The notes: a model not told the origin generated them from the sequence alone. 64,000 nucleotides of DNA from Paraspadella gotoi (GCA_051294375.1 CM119264.1:13919323-13983322); one strand, 5' to 3'; shown: positions 39,178 to 53,106, counted from the stretch's first letter. Numbers and translations are program-made.

Positions 39178-42100
39178 AGCCTGGCCGGATATTCGTTTAT
39201 CGGAAAGTCAGAATGATACGGTTATTTGTCGATTGGTCATCTTTACTGAAGGACAGATTCGCTTTGGATTCGACCCTAATAAACTTAAGGGGCGGTATAA
39301 CAATTATTGATGATTTTTTTTTGTTTTTCAAAACAAATGTTTCTGTTATTCAGGCCATCCTTGCGAATCCTAAAATTTCTTTAAAAAGGCACCGAACCCG
39401 GCAAGGAACCCAGACCACGACATTCAGGTAGAAAGCATCGAGCTAAGAAGGCCTGTTTCGCACATACAACATACGGGGAGGAAATATCTGTAAAAAGGAA
39501 GTTATAAAGATTTTCAGCAGCATTAGAAGCCGGAAGATAATTTTGAATACCTTTTTTTGCGCCGAGAGCAGTTGGATGGATCACCTGGCGAAATTGCGTT
39601 CGAAAATAGCTTAATCGTTTGACTTATACTTATAAGCGAGTATATAGACGATCACTTGCATTCGCGTAACTTTTAAGGAAAGAGGAAAAGAAAAGAAAAA
39701 TAGTACCTCCAATGTAAAAAAGGAAATGAAAGAAAGGAAGCCGAAGAAAGTCAACTAAAGCTGAATAAAGAATGAAAAAAATGGAAAAAATGAAAAAAAA
39801 AAAAAAAAAAAAAATAAAGGTAAGCTCCGTTTTAAAATTTGTTTTGGTTAACGATAAATGTGTTGCGATTCCTTTTGCAATAAAAAGTTACAATTTATCA
39901 GTTATACTTTCCCGGCGCCCTTTCGAGCATAATTTCTGGGAAAAATTCGGTTGTAAAAAAAAGCTCACCATAAAAAGGTGATTTTGAAAAGGGAGGGCCG
40001 TTTACCTTATTCCGGAATTCCGTTTTGGCCAGAAGGAAAGCAATAGGCGGAAGGGAAGGTAACACCTTTAAATAATAATCGCAAAAGCCGGGTGGGGGAA
40101 GATTCAAATTCAGGATGAAGATTGACAGTTTAATCTAACGTCATTCGATATTTTCATTGTTCATCGAAGGTTAAGAAAATTTTTTTAATTAAAATATAAG
40201 ATACGCGCATTCATTGTTTTCCTAGAGTTTCTCCTAGCGTGAGAAAATTCTCTGCATCTGACGTTTCCCCCTCGATAAATTTAAAAAAGGTGCCCGGCCT
40301 AAAAATTTTTAAAAGTGGCCGGTTGCAAAAAACTGACGCCGATATTTTTTTTCCCGCCAAACTACGTAAAAACAAGGATCGATGAAGGCGACGATGTGGC
40401 GGTTTTAAATTAATTAAAAAGTTGTTCATTCGATTCAATTTTATTAGAGGAAAATATACGTCGGATTTTATTCAAAATAACTGACTGACGAACAATTTAA
40501 TATTCAAACCGCATTAACTTATAATAAAAAATTTATAAAAAAATATAAAAATATAAAAAAAGGAAAAAAAATATAGAATTTGTAATTTATATAATTTTAA
40601 TGAATATTATAAAATCTAATACTTAAAATAGTGTGAAACAAATAATTTTTGCAATTTTTATAATGATGCTTCGCCGCATATGAAAAAAAAACCTTCCTTC
40701 CTTTTCGTACAGGTTTTTTGTTAACGTTAAAATTTTTTTATATTAACCGAGAAGAAAGGGTGGAGAAGGAGGAATGAAAGGAGGAGGAGGAGGAAGAGGA
40801 GGAAGAGGAGGAGGATTAAAAGAAAAAGGAAAATAGATACTCGAGAAGGAAAGGAATGAGAAAAAATAAAATAGTTTTCGATGGAAAAGTAAATAAAAAT
40901 GGTAAAGAAACGTATACTTTCTATTTAAAATACTGATATATGGATGGATGTCGATTCTATGTATCAATATATGAAGCCGCGCGTCTTTTTTCATAACGAC
41001 GGTTTCCCTATTTTCCATCTTCAGCTCAGGACAATCTTTTTTAAAACTCTTTCCATAGTCTTAAACTATGAATTCGCCCTCCTTCACCTCTGCGCCGAAA
41101 AAAATGCAGGAGTCAGCCTCGCCTTATGTATTCGTCGTGTTGCGAAAAAAAAAAGGAGGAAAAAAAAATAGAAACTCCTTTCTAAATGACTGCCTCATGC
41201 AAATTAGGCTTTACCTTCACTCCCGACCATAAAAGAATAAACTCGTCCAAAAAAAAAATGTTCTCCTGCCTTACCCGATGTTTTTTACCGCGCGACGATG
41301 ACGACGAAGAGACGCGACGACGACGACGACGACGACGACGACAGAGAGGGGAGACAAAACATGACGACGACGAGGGACGATCATCGGAAGAGTAAAATGC
41401 AAAAAGTACCCAAAGAAAAAAACCATTATCGAAAGCCTTGTCTCTTCAGTCTTCTAAGTCATTTTCAATCGGGGTGAGGTTGTCGTAAATATAACTTTTT
41501 TAGTTAATAAACTTACGGTCTTACTAACTTAAAATTAACTTAAAATACTAAATAGGAAATTCCCCTGACAAGAATTAGATTTATATCATAAAATTATATA
41601 TTTATATTTTTGTAACTTAAATTAGTGATTTAAAATCTACTAGGTCAGTACCAACTTATTTTTGTCCTCTTTTTATTTTCAATTCCAAGTCCGAAAAAAT
41701 TAAAACTGAATGAATTAAATGAAAATGATAGTGTAAAACGAAAAAAATGCTTAAAAGGATATGAAAAAAAAAACGTTTGTCGTGCGACTAATTCATATTG
41801 TGGTCTTTTATTAAAAATCGAAGGAGCATAAACTAATCCTCTTGGATCATTTCTTCTGTTTATCGGCAAATTTGAGCCTCAGCGAATTTCTTCCAATTTT
41901 CAATGTTTTCCAGCTCGTTTCCTTCTTGTCACATTAGCTGGCATCGTCGTTGTCGTTGTTGTCGGCGTCATACTCGGCGTCGGCGTTGGCGTTGGGGTGG
42001 GCGGCGGCGGCGGTGGCGGCGGCGGCGCCCGAGTGGTTCAAGTGGCTTGAGCTGAGTGAAGTTGTCGTCAAAAATGAAAGGAGATTATTTTAAATGGTAA

Positions 42101-42591
42101 AAAAATACAGAAGACGAAGATGACACCTGTCGGCGATCTTTCTTTTTTTTTTAATTTCATTTTTTAATCTTTTAATCAATTTTCTTGCTAATAAAATACT
42201 GATTTTTATTGTTTGTTTCTTTTTTTCCATTTTTTTCTTATTTTACTTCTTTATTGTGCCCTAACCCGTTTTTACAAATGAGTTTTCGTCGTTGTCTTCG
42301 TCCTGGTCTCTCGTCAAAAGCTCGCCAACTTTAAAAGAAAATCATCCAACTGAAAAGAAAGAAAGAATAGAAATTTTCACCTTTTAACTTCAAGCTCGTG
42401 TCTTTCAATATGAAGCTTCCCCAATTATTCAAATACGTAAATAAATTACAGGAGACGTAATTAAATATCAATTAAATTAATTAATATAAATACTTACTCA
42501 AAAATTTAAAGCGTAAAACTTATAAAAATAAACCGAAAAATTGTTTTGTCATCATCTACCTTATTGGCGTAACAGAGAGAAAGAGACCCAC

Positions 42592-42639
<48 letters not shown>

Positions 42640-42939
42640 TACATAATCTTCTTTTGTAATGTCTGCCAACGAGGGAACGTTTAACGCCGACCAATAAGGG
42701 TCGTGGGATCAAGAGGTCAGGGGTCAAGGGTCAAGAAGGCCAAGGGCTCGCCCTCTTCCTCCACAAATGTCTCCGTCTTTGAACTCTCTCTTGCCGAATG
42801 GAACAATTATAACGAGCGAGCGAGCGAACGAGCGAACGAGAGAGAGAGAGAATAATAACGAGGATCTCGGGACCGAAGAACATTTCTTCGCGAAAAGGAA
42901 ATACAAAAAGTTTTCGTTCGCGACGAATTTCGGGAAGAG

Positions 42940-43042
42940 TTGGGGAAAGAGATGAGGAAAGAGATGGGGAAAGAGATGGGGAAATATATGTAGAAGAGAT
43001 GGGGAAAGATATGTGGAAGAGATGGGGAAAGAGATGGAGGAA
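42940..43042 (+). repeat. Degenerate 12-bp tandem repeat (GATGGGGAAAGA)n
   Basis: About 8 imperfect units read directly. Confidence 0.75.
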
Positions 43043-44071
43043 GATTTTAAAAAAGACTTCGAAATTGTAATGTAAATGATAAGTAACGTCCCTTTGTATT
43101 TATCAGTCCTACCTTAGATTCGAGAATTGTTTATTGGGACTCGAAATATAACGACGTAAGTCTTGTGACTCTTTTTCCCCAAACTTGGAAAAGTACCCGG
43201 GATGTTGGAAACCCAAGCGTCATATTATTGCAAGTCACGGAAAGCGTAAAAGTAAAAGTAAAGAAAAACCGAGTTCAGAAAAAAAGTAGGGAAAAAAAAT
43301 CAAAGAGTAACAAAAGTCTTTTTTTTTCTTAGAAGCGAAGAAAAGACTTCGAATCGATTATGTTCCTTTCTTCTCAGCCAGAAAAAAAAAAGGAAAAAAA
43401 AAACAAACTAGTTCAATGGGTTTCTAGTTTCTACGGACTCGAAACTCTCTCGGTTGTTTGCAAACGGCTTTTTTTGTCGCTAAGCAACGCGGAACGCGTG
43501 GGCGTCTCTAAGCGACGGGGAACGCCGTTCGAAAGGGGGCGTTGCTGAGGACCATCGAACCCACGCTTTCAACAATCGTCGTAATCGCCGTCGTAACGAC
43601 CCCGCGCTTCGCTCGTAGACGTTTTTCGTAATCGTCGCTCGTAAGCGACGATCGATCGTTCACGACGGACGTCGTCATTCTCTCATTTTATTTTTTAACA
43701 GCGTGAGTTAAAAAATGAAACGGACAGACCCCCAAAAAATGACGTGTTTTATTCACGACGCCCCCGCAAAATCGTTAATATAATGTTTCGTTTTTATTAT
43801 GTATTATCTGAAAACCTCTCAGAAAATTTTGGAGCGAAAATAGCTAGGCGAGGAGATAAAAGATTGATAAGGTTCTCGGACTTTGGACTTTAAGACTTTG
43901 GTAAAATGTTCGGCGGGAAAATTTCGATCCAAGATTTCCTTTTTAATTTGTTTAAAAAAATATATATTTTTTAATCCGCAAGTTTCGTTGTCAAAGTTTT
44001 TTTTTTAAACTTAAATTTATTATTTAGTTCGATTAAAATCTCCGAAAACCAAACAATTTCACGCGAACGAA

Positions 44072-45230
44072 ATGGAAAAGTTTGTCGGGAAATGGGAGCA
44101 GATCAGCATAGAGAAAGGGGAGGAACTGTTACAAGCGAAAGGTCGTAACTGCGAATAATCGAAGTCTGTTTGTTCGAATGTCTGTTGACGTCTTCTTTCA
44201 TTGTTTGTCATTTTCTCCGCTCAAAGGACTCGGCTACTTGATGCGTAAAACGGCCCTGATGATCACGCCCGTGACGGATATCACGTGGGATGATGATCAG
44301 AAGCGAATTCGGTTTCTCAGCATCACCAAAGTCATGACCTTTGACCGAAGCTTCACATTGAACGGTGAGGCGTGGCTCGATGGGGATCGAGGACATGGAT
44401 GGGATTTTCAATATAGATATTGCGCTTTAGACTCTGGAATAATTCATGGAAATATTTAGACGAGCTTTTACCATTTTTTTTATTTTAATTCATTTTATTT
44501 CAATCTATCTCCGTTCGGAAGTTTCGATTCAGGAAAGAAAGAAAATTGGTTCTCTACTGGAACTGGAAGACAAGGGAGTTGATCAGTGATCACAGCTGAA
44601 CTCTGTAAAGATTACTTTAACAACAAAGAGCAAGGACAAGTTTTAAGAACCTGTTTTTGAATATCTCCACTCTGCACTCCGTACAGTCGTTACGAAATCG
44701 TTTGTTCGATTGCTTTATTTGAAATTTTTTTAAAAAATACCTATAATTGAACATTGACTTCATTTTTACTTGAAAATATATCGCCGTCTCGTATAGAAAA
44801 GGTCTAAGAAAAAAAATAAACCCACATTAGGTTGACATTTAATTTTTTTGATTATTATTTAATCGCTAAAAATAATAAGATTATGTACTTAACCAGTTTT
44901 GAAATAACGTTTCCGTTTCAGACGAAGAGCAAGAAATGGAACCGGATCCAGGAACCTCGAAGGTCTACAAGGGAATCTGCTTTTTGAACGACGAGGGACA
45001 TTTCGTCGTCAAGAGAACTTACCAAGACGGGTCAGGACCCGAGGAGGTCATTACGAGGTGAGGCACTTACTCACCATATTTAATTAATTTGCAATTTTAG
45101 CAGAATTGAAAAACCTTGTTCGACCGTTGTAATTTTGAACAGGTCCATCAACTCTGACGGACATCTGGTGCAAGAGAGTCAGTGGGGAGATCTCGTGACG
45201 AGCACGAGAATCTGGAAAAAAATTGGATGA
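44072..45230 (+). CDS. FABP: Fatty-acid-binding protein / intracellular lipid-binding protein (FABP/CRABP-like) paralog 1, 143 aa; join(44072..44141,44227..44364,44922..45057,45143..45230)
   Basis: The spliced product starts MEKFVGKWEQISIEKGEELLQAKGLGYLMRKTALMITPVTDITWDD (iLBP GxW motif and helix-turn-helix lid) and ends HLVQESQWGDLVTSTRIWKKIG*. There are three GT-AG introns. Exon lengths of 70/138/136/88 nt are identical to those of the neighbouring paralog. AATAAA is at 45244. Confidence 0.9.
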
Positions 45231-45243
45231 GTTTCATTGTTAC

Positions 45244-45249
45244 AATAAA
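45244..45249 (+). promoter_or_regulatory. AATAAA polyadenylation signal of FABP paralog 1
   Basis: Canonical hexamer beginning 14 nt after the TGA stop at 45230. Confidence 0.55.
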
Positions 45250-45533
45250 TGCCATTATTGTGTCCGAGATTGATTGCTAATTGTTAAATTTTATTAATTT
45301 ATCGTTTTATTTTTAGTGCTGTTAGTCTTGCTCAATGCTTTTTTATCGTTTTAAGCGTTAAATTGTTTGTTCTTCAATTTCAGAGGGAAAAAAAATTATT
45401 AGGTTTATGTGCTGAAAATGTTTGATGATGACAATGTTTTGACGTTTTGACCTGAAAATTTTCTTTAAATCCTGTTGAACCCAATCTATGGCTGTTTCGC
45501 AATAAGAACAAATTGAAACGCTTAATCAAAACG

Positions 45534-46068
45534 ATGGAGAAATTTGTTGGTAAATGGCAACAAATTAGTTTGGAAAATGGCGAAGAACTCATGAGGGCAA
45601 AGGGTGAGTAATAAAAAAAAATATAAACTTTTTGAAAAAAGTCCTGCCGATTATTAAATTTTAAATTTTGAGCATGTGTTTGTCCGTCAGGGATTGGCTA
45701 CGTCATGCGAAAAACTGCGTTGATGATCACGCCCGTGATGGACATTCTATGGGATGAAGAAAATAAAGAAGTTCGTTTCTTGAGCGTCACGAAAGTAAAG
45801 ACATTCGATGCAAGACTGAAATTGAACGGCAAGTGGGTTGTTTCAATAATAGAAAATCGTTTCACGTTTCCGAATCTGGTGGAGACATCTCACGACGCTG
45901 ATGAAAAAAAAAATAGGTGAAGAATTCGAAATGGAAGGTGAACCCGGAACGTCGAAAGTTTACAAGGCGACGTGCCACTTGAACGAAGACGGAAATTTCG
46001 TCATCGAAAGAACATACAAAGATGGGTCAGGACCCAAGGAGATTGTGACCAGGTGCTTGAAGATTCTG

Positions 46069-46109
<41 letters not shown>

Positions 46110-46287
46110 TCTCTCTCGTCTCTTCTCTCCTCTCTCTCTCTCCTCTCTCTCTCTCTCCTTAACTGTCACACTTTTTTTTCATTTTTATTTTTGCGGTAGG
46201 TCAATAAATTCTGACGGTCACGTGGTCCAGGTCACTCAGTGGGGAGAGGATCTTACGTGCACGAGAATTTGGAAAAAGATCGAGTAA
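45534..46287 (+). CDS. FABP: Fatty-acid-binding protein / intracellular lipid-binding protein (FABP/CRABP-like) paralog 2, 143 aa; join(45534..45603,45691..45828,45917..46052,46200..46287)
   Basis: MEKFVGKWQQISLENGEELMRAKGIGYVMRKTALMITPVMDILWDEENKEVRFLSVTKVKTFDARLKLNGEEFEMEGEPGTSKVYKATCHLNEDGNFVIERTYKDGSGPKEIVTRSINSDGHVVQVTQWGEDLTCTRIWKKIE*. Exon sizes and phases match paralog 1. The intron 2 donor is GCAAGT (45829). Intron 3 contains a (CT)n microsatellite. Confidence 0.9.
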
Positions 46288-46600
46288 GAACATTTTTCAA
46301 GTTGTACGTTAATTTTCCTGACCCTAATTATACCTACGAAATAAATGGAAAAAAAGTTTACTTTTTGACATCTTGAATTTTCTAAAGTTTTTCGTTCAAC
46401 TTCAGAGGAAAAAAAAGTATAGAAATCAGGACAAAAAATTATATAAAAATGGAGATTCCAAAAAAAATCATGATTTTTACGAAACGTTAGCGTTAAAAAG
46501 AAATGGGGGGGGGGAACAGAGAGAAAGAGTCTATTTTCTGCTTCTTCGCCTTCGCCATAAATCCTTTTTTTTTTACCTCCTGGTCCAACGAGCACTTTCA

Positions 46601-46631
<31 letters not shown>

Positions 46632-47626
46632 CTCTCGTCTCTTCTCTCTCTCTCTTTTTGTTCCAAAATGTTTTTTTAAACTTCTAACGCGACTCACTAT
46701 AATTTTACGGCATCTCGACTCAAGTTACCTTTTACCCAGCTGCTATCTCAAAAATATTTATTGGGGCAATACGGGGGGGGGGGCGTCGGGCTAACATAAT
46801 ACCGCTTGTAACTTAACGCAAACGCGTAATTGGATTTTCACTTTTCAACTCTCACGTTTTAACGGTTAAAGAGTAAGAATGAGGTTTTTTTTTTTGGGCG
46901 CCTTTCACGAAAACCGGTGACGTCGACTAAGTGGAAATTTTTGACTTTAAATTCGAGAAAAAAAATAGCGACTAAGTTTGTTTTAGAAGTTAGTCTAATG
47001 GCGTAGTTTTTAAAGGACTCATTTCCATAGTTTTTTAAGCTCTATGTTCCGTATCGAATTCAAACAATAGTCTCTAGTCTCTACACCGGTAGTACCGTTT
47101 ACAATATAGTAATCGGCATTGATTTTGTTCTCAAAAATTGTGTCATCACTAATGACACAATGAAATAAGATCCGTAAGATCCGTATTAGCGATGACTGAT
47201 GGCTCGTTTTTTTGTTTTTTTTGTTTTTTTTTTCACACGACTGTAGAACGGTGAAAAGATAAGGTCAGTTAAGGTCAACTCAAATGACTAAAAAAGACTG
47301 ACCCGACGCGAGGTAACAAAATATCATTCAATACCTCTATAAATCATTAAAATCCTAGGGCAACGCTGCTATTATTAAAAAAAAAAAAAGAAAAAGCGAC
47401 GACAAAAATAAAGTCATCAACGTCGACAACATTGACGGACTCGAACTTTAACCTTTAAGCCATGACCACTCGTTGCCATGGCCACAAACCACAACAACCA
47501 CAACAGCAAGGGCTAAAATGTTTGAGACGTGACCACTTATAGTCATTCCCTCTCCTTTCAACCCGCGAACTCGAGCGCATTATCATAACGAGGCGAGAAT
47601 TGACCGACAATCGTTCTCAAATGATG

Positions 47627-47737
<111 letters not shown>

Positions 47738-50700
47738 TCCCAGTTTTTCTTTTTCTTTCTTTTTCTCGGCCTCTCGGGTCAACTGCCTTAAAGAGTCCTA
47801 AATCCCAGCCCCATCATCGCACCATATGTTTATCCACTAAACGGAATCATTCTTTGTCAGTTGGATTTCAACCAATACCAGCAGGGTGAGTCTCATAAAA
47901 AAAAACAAAGAGAAGAAAAACGAAGATAAATGAAAATGAAATAGAAAATAATTAGTGTCTATTACATTATTTTTCTTGACGCAAGCGACGCTAATAACAA
48001 GCCAATACTGCGCGTCGTGAGGAAAAAAGAANNNNNNNNNNNNNNNNNNNNNNNNNNNNNNNNNNNNNNNNNNNNNNNNNNNNNNNNNNNNNNNNNNNNN
48101 NNNNNNNNNNNNNNNNNNNNNNNNNNNNNNNNNNNNNNNNNNNNNNNNNNNNNNNNNNNNNNNNNNNNNNNNNNNNNNNNNNNNNNNNNNNNNNNNNNNN
48201 NNNNNNNNNNNNNNNNNNNNNNNNNNNNNNNNNNNNNNNNNNNNNNNNNNNNNNNNNNNNNNNNNNNNNNNNNNNNNNNNNNNNNNNNNNNNNNNNNNNN
48301 NNNNNNNNNNNNNTCGGTGACTGGGAAAACTTTTTTGGGGGAGAATCCGGGGAGATATTCATGGGAAAAAAACGTGGATCGTTTAATAAAAAAGCTAAAA
48401 AATATTGGGAATGAAACAGTATATGCAGACGAAAAAGAAAGTTTTAACTCAGAGCTGAAATGCTAGGATTAAAACAATTTTAGGATTCAAAATTCAATGT
48501 ATTAACTATACTGCGTTTGATAAGGGTTTTTTTTTTTACACAATTCCCTTTCTAGTTTTTACGAAAAAGATGAGGTTCTTATTTTATGCGTCGCCAGAAA
48601 ACGGGGGAGAATTGACGGCCATTTTGAATTGGCGGACGTTTGGTTCTCAATCGAAATCCATGGAGTCGCCAATGGAACCTCGTGAGGCATCAAGGGACAC
48701 TCAATGGATCCGCTTTCATGGGGTTTCATGGGACCGACCCTGTCGGGTTACCAAGAGGCCGTCAATGTTAANNNNNNNNNNNNNNNNNNNNNNNNNAGAG
48801 CTGAAAGAAAGCGCATAAAAATGAAGTCGGAGAGAGAAGAGAGAGAGAGAGAGAGAGAGCAGACGATAACTGTGATAAAACCGATAAAATAAACTTTTGA
48901 TTACCAATAAATCGACGAATACCAAATAACTATAAGAGAAAATAGAAATGATCGCAGGAAAAGAAACACCCATTTTCTTCCTTTCATGACATTAAACAAA
49001 AAAAACTCTTTTACATTACTCATTCTCTTCTGTAGAGAAAGCTTGGCCTCTCTACGCCTCTTGAGGTAGAATGGTCCACTTGCGCAACTTATCTGGACGA
49101 AAGTACCCAAAACGTTTCTGTAACTGAAGCTCAAAAGTCCGAAAAAGAGTAAATGCGGGGAAATAAATGTGAATAAAGTATAAAAATGTAGACAAAATCC
49201 GTAGAGAAAATCGAGATCAAATCGAAGATGAATTCAATAAATCGTAGAGGCAATCCAATAAAATCGTAGTAGAATCTTCAGTAAAACGTGAGTAAAGTTT
49301 AGGAACTTTGTAAGAAAGTATTTGTCGGTCTAGAAGTGATCCATGTGAATCTAAATCTGTCTTGTTTTGGTCTCGTCCAGTTAAAGTTTGGAGAGAGAGA
49401 GAAGAAGGAAAAAGGAGAGATGAGGGAGAGAAAAAGAGAGAGAGGGCAGAAAAGAGTGGAGAGAAAGAGTCGGTCAGTCTCTGTCCGGTCGATCCGGTCA
49501 ATCGTCGATTGTGATCAGATCTGCGCCGTACTCCGTCGCGTTCTCGCGCTTTTCTCTTCACCCCCGCCTCGGGCCTCTAGCGGCTCCTAAGACCATAAGC
49601 AGACCGTCTCTATGGCCGCGCAGGACCCGACGGTATCATACTGAATCTTAGCCCCTATCAACCCTAGGTCTCTTCCATGTTCTCTTACGTTTCGGAGATT
49701 GGAGTTCCGATGGCATCTTCGTCTTGTTCTTCTGCTCATTACAATGATATCTTGGTTCCATGAAGAGCTGTTTTGAGGGGCTTTGAGGAGAGAATATTCA
49801 TACACTCATTCATTCATTTATCGATTTCATTCGTTCATATTGCTCGTTCGTTCATTCGTTCATTTGCTCGTTCGTTCATATCGTTCATTTCATTGTTTTA
49901 GTTATCTTAGATGAAGTTAAGATAGCCGGCCAAAATATTGTACGATTGTTTATTATTTCCTTGATCGTTTCATTTTCAGTTTGAATATTATATTATTGTC
50001 AATTTCATTTTGGTGTTTTGGGTTTTTAGGTATATGTTTTTTATAGTTTTGTTTCTTCTTAGGTGTTCTTGTTCAGTCTGTTATTTTTTCTTGTTTCTAT
50101 TTGTTTCTTGTTTGTTTGTCTTATTGATTTGATGAGTTTCTTTTTGTTCTTTAGTATTGCTAACGTCAATTTTGTCTTTGTTCTGAAGTTATTTTATTCA
50201 TACTGAGTTATGCAAAATAATATGTTTCATTCGGTACCTATACTATATCATTTTTTCATCGCATTATATTTTTGTTTCACATTTATACTCATACTCCCTC
50301 CAGAATGGAACTTCCTCTTACTGGCGCCAAAGGTTCAAATTCAGAGGCTTCCTCTCTGGCTGAGACAAGCATTTCTTTCTTATCTTTCTATTGTTTGGTA
50401 GTCGTCGTCGTTCTTCGTCGTTTCCAGTTGGGTCATCGATCTCTGCTTGTTCCAATTCCGGGTATTTGTTCTTGTTCTTGATTTGTTCTTGTTCGTGTTC
50501 GTTTTCTTGTTCATGTTCGTTTTTCTTCGTTCCATTATCTTCATTCTGTTTTTTGCTTGGGTCCTCGCCGCGGTGGTCACCGCTCATTTGCACTCTCTCC
50601 AACATACTCCCGGATGTCCAGACCTCTGCAACAGGTTCTTCCGCGCGCTGCTTCCAAATTTTAAAACACTTTATTGTTTTCTATTGACTTCATTTTGAAT

Positions 50701-51217
50701 TTTCACAATCTCGCGAAAAGTTCGGGTTGGTTCGGACGTTTTCCGGCGCATGATTCTTCTGGCTGCCCGTTGCCGCCGGCTTTCCATTACCCTAGGTCAG
50801 AGTCGGCCTGGCGGTTTCCGACGCCACACACCTTTGCTTGTTGCACCGGCGCTTTCCAATCTTCTCTCTCTCTCTTTCTCTGCGGTGGTCTTGTCAATAT
50901 GAAACCTCATTAGACACAAGCTGCATCTAATTCCGCTGCGGTCTCTTCATCAGCATAACTTTTTTCCCCAGCGTCGTCGGCCAAGGCGATCGGGGAGATG
51001 GAAGATCCTCTTTTTTTTTTACATAAAGAACCGCGTGGCCTTGAAATTCTCGCTCTGCTAACAGTTTTTATTTTTATAAAAAGGTTCTAGTCTAAATTTT
51101 AATTTCGAATTTTTTTAACATCGATAATTTTAGTTATTTAAAATTCTTTGAATTTTTACATTAATAATTTAAATGAAATTCCAACTCGATATCTGTTACG
51201 AGAAATTAATTTATTAG

Positions 51218-51360
51218 TATGAAATTGGTACAACCAATATAAAAATTATCCATTCATTTAATAAACAAGCTATCTTGCCCCTGACTTTGGACAGGCTTTG
51301 GTGGTTTAAGGCCTCCATCACTCTTACAAGATAATGACATAGCAGGTCCCTGCAAGCTTT
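51218..51360 (-). repeat. Dispersed repeat, copy 2 (probable short non-autonomous element)
   Basis: Reverse complement of 30688-30814 with an extra internal tcaggggcaagatagcttg segment. Both copies give CHYLVRVME.LNHQSLSK in the ORF track. Confidence 0.8.
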
Positions 51361-52388
51361 CAAACAAGACTTTAGGCCAACGGCGCAAACCTTGGAGCAA
51401 ATTTCGTCCCCCCCAAAAAAAAGCAACAACAAAAAATATCGAAAAATAGAAAGAGCAAAGAAAAAAACAACTAGGGAAGGATTTTTCGGGAGGCGTGGCC
51501 GTTCTGGTCGGTCCGATGAATCTTTCGGCCCGAAACTCACCCGTTGCCTCGCCTCCATTACTCACCAATCTTCTCACTTCTCTGCCCCCTCCCCCCAACT
51601 GACACCTGCTCCACTCTTCTCTTTCTTCTTTTCACTACATTCAATTCCCCTCACTCCTTCAGCATTTCAGCTTCGTTATCCTTGAAACCCTCTTTCCACG
51701 CTTCCTCTCCCAACGCCACATTTCGCAAAACCGGTCTTCTCACGTTTTTTTCTCTCCACAAATCTTTTTTCCCCACAAATCTTTTTCCCCGCAATGACCA
51801 CAACGAGACGCGGTTCAAACCCCCTCCTCCCCTCCGAGGTCCTGAGACCTTGAATTTCCACGGATTTTCGATTCGCTTCGCGATTCGCAAATACTTTTCT
51901 CATCATCGAACAACTTATTTTTATAAATTTTATATGTCAATAAAATCACCCATTAAGTTGTATTTTTCAATAATCCTACGCTCCTTCGTTAATGTTGATT
52001 CTTTTACAATTCTGTGTTCGTTTAATAATAATGAAATCTGTAATAGCCTTGACTTCATTCAGGTACAGATAACATTTTTTTGAATTTCTTGTGGATGATG
52101 AGAAAATGAAATCACGATTAAAAATACATAAAATTGTACAGGTTCAGGCCAACTATTTAGCTGGCTTCTTTATTTTTTTTTAATGTATATTCCCGAGATA
52201 CAACCATTACAAGATGTAGGAGAGTAAGACAGATTTCCTTTTTGTTTTGTTCTTCGCTAAATTGCAGCTGTAACAAACGGAACGTTTCTGAATCACGCAC
52301 GAACATATGTATCTTCGCGTTATTCGGTTTTTCCTAAAGCTGGCGTGAAAAACGCGATAACACAAATAAACATCATCGGTAGCTGCAA

Positions 52389-52422
<34 letters not shown>

Positions 52423-53106
52423 CACGACGATGATGATGATGATGATGATGGTTCCGCCGACGTTAACGGTTAAGGAAGGAACGATAACATCAAGTTAGAA
52501 CACTTGTAATTTCTTTCTATTATGTTGAGTAAAAGGTAGAAAAGAAAAAAAGAGCAACGCAGAGCAAAGCCTCTAAATAAATCCGGAATGAAACGCAAGA
52601 TGGACGCAGCTTGACGACTCAAGGCTACGAGATTTCACGTATTTTTTTCTCTTGATCCTTTTTAGTCGGTGCATCTCGAAATGAAAGTTTTTTGAAACGT
52701 TACCAAATACTCTAGGAATAAGTTTATAAAAGTATGAAAGTAAAACTTGTTTTATCTTTTTATGTGGCGATAAAAAAGAAATAATTGAGACAGGACGCTA
52801 ACGAAAATCTATCCAAATTCTTGCTTGAGAACCAATTTACTTTAACGTAGCAGAAAATTCAATAATTTACATAAAGTTTATACGCATTTTTTATGGGACA
52901 GAATTGAAATAGAAACGATTAAAAACCCAGACCCTTTCGCTCAAACGGGGGATGTAGCGGTAGCCTTGGCCTTGGGTTTTCGCTAGCCGGAGATTGCACC
53001 GTTTTTATTCACTCCCAAGGAGCAATTTTGCGAGTATTAAAAGGAATAAAAAAGGTGTGAGCGGAAAAGACTGAAGAAAATACGAGAAACGGAGGATGGA
53101 ACAAGG

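Noticed and set aside
41900-42040. Pro/Thr-rich coding exon on the minus strand
   Set aside because: A low-complexity (CCG/ACG)n tract bounded by in-frame stops, with no supporting splice partner.
52947-53005. tRNA-Ala-like start GGGGATGTAGC
   Set aside because: Only about 11 nt match; no T-loop (GTTCRA) or cloverleaf follows.
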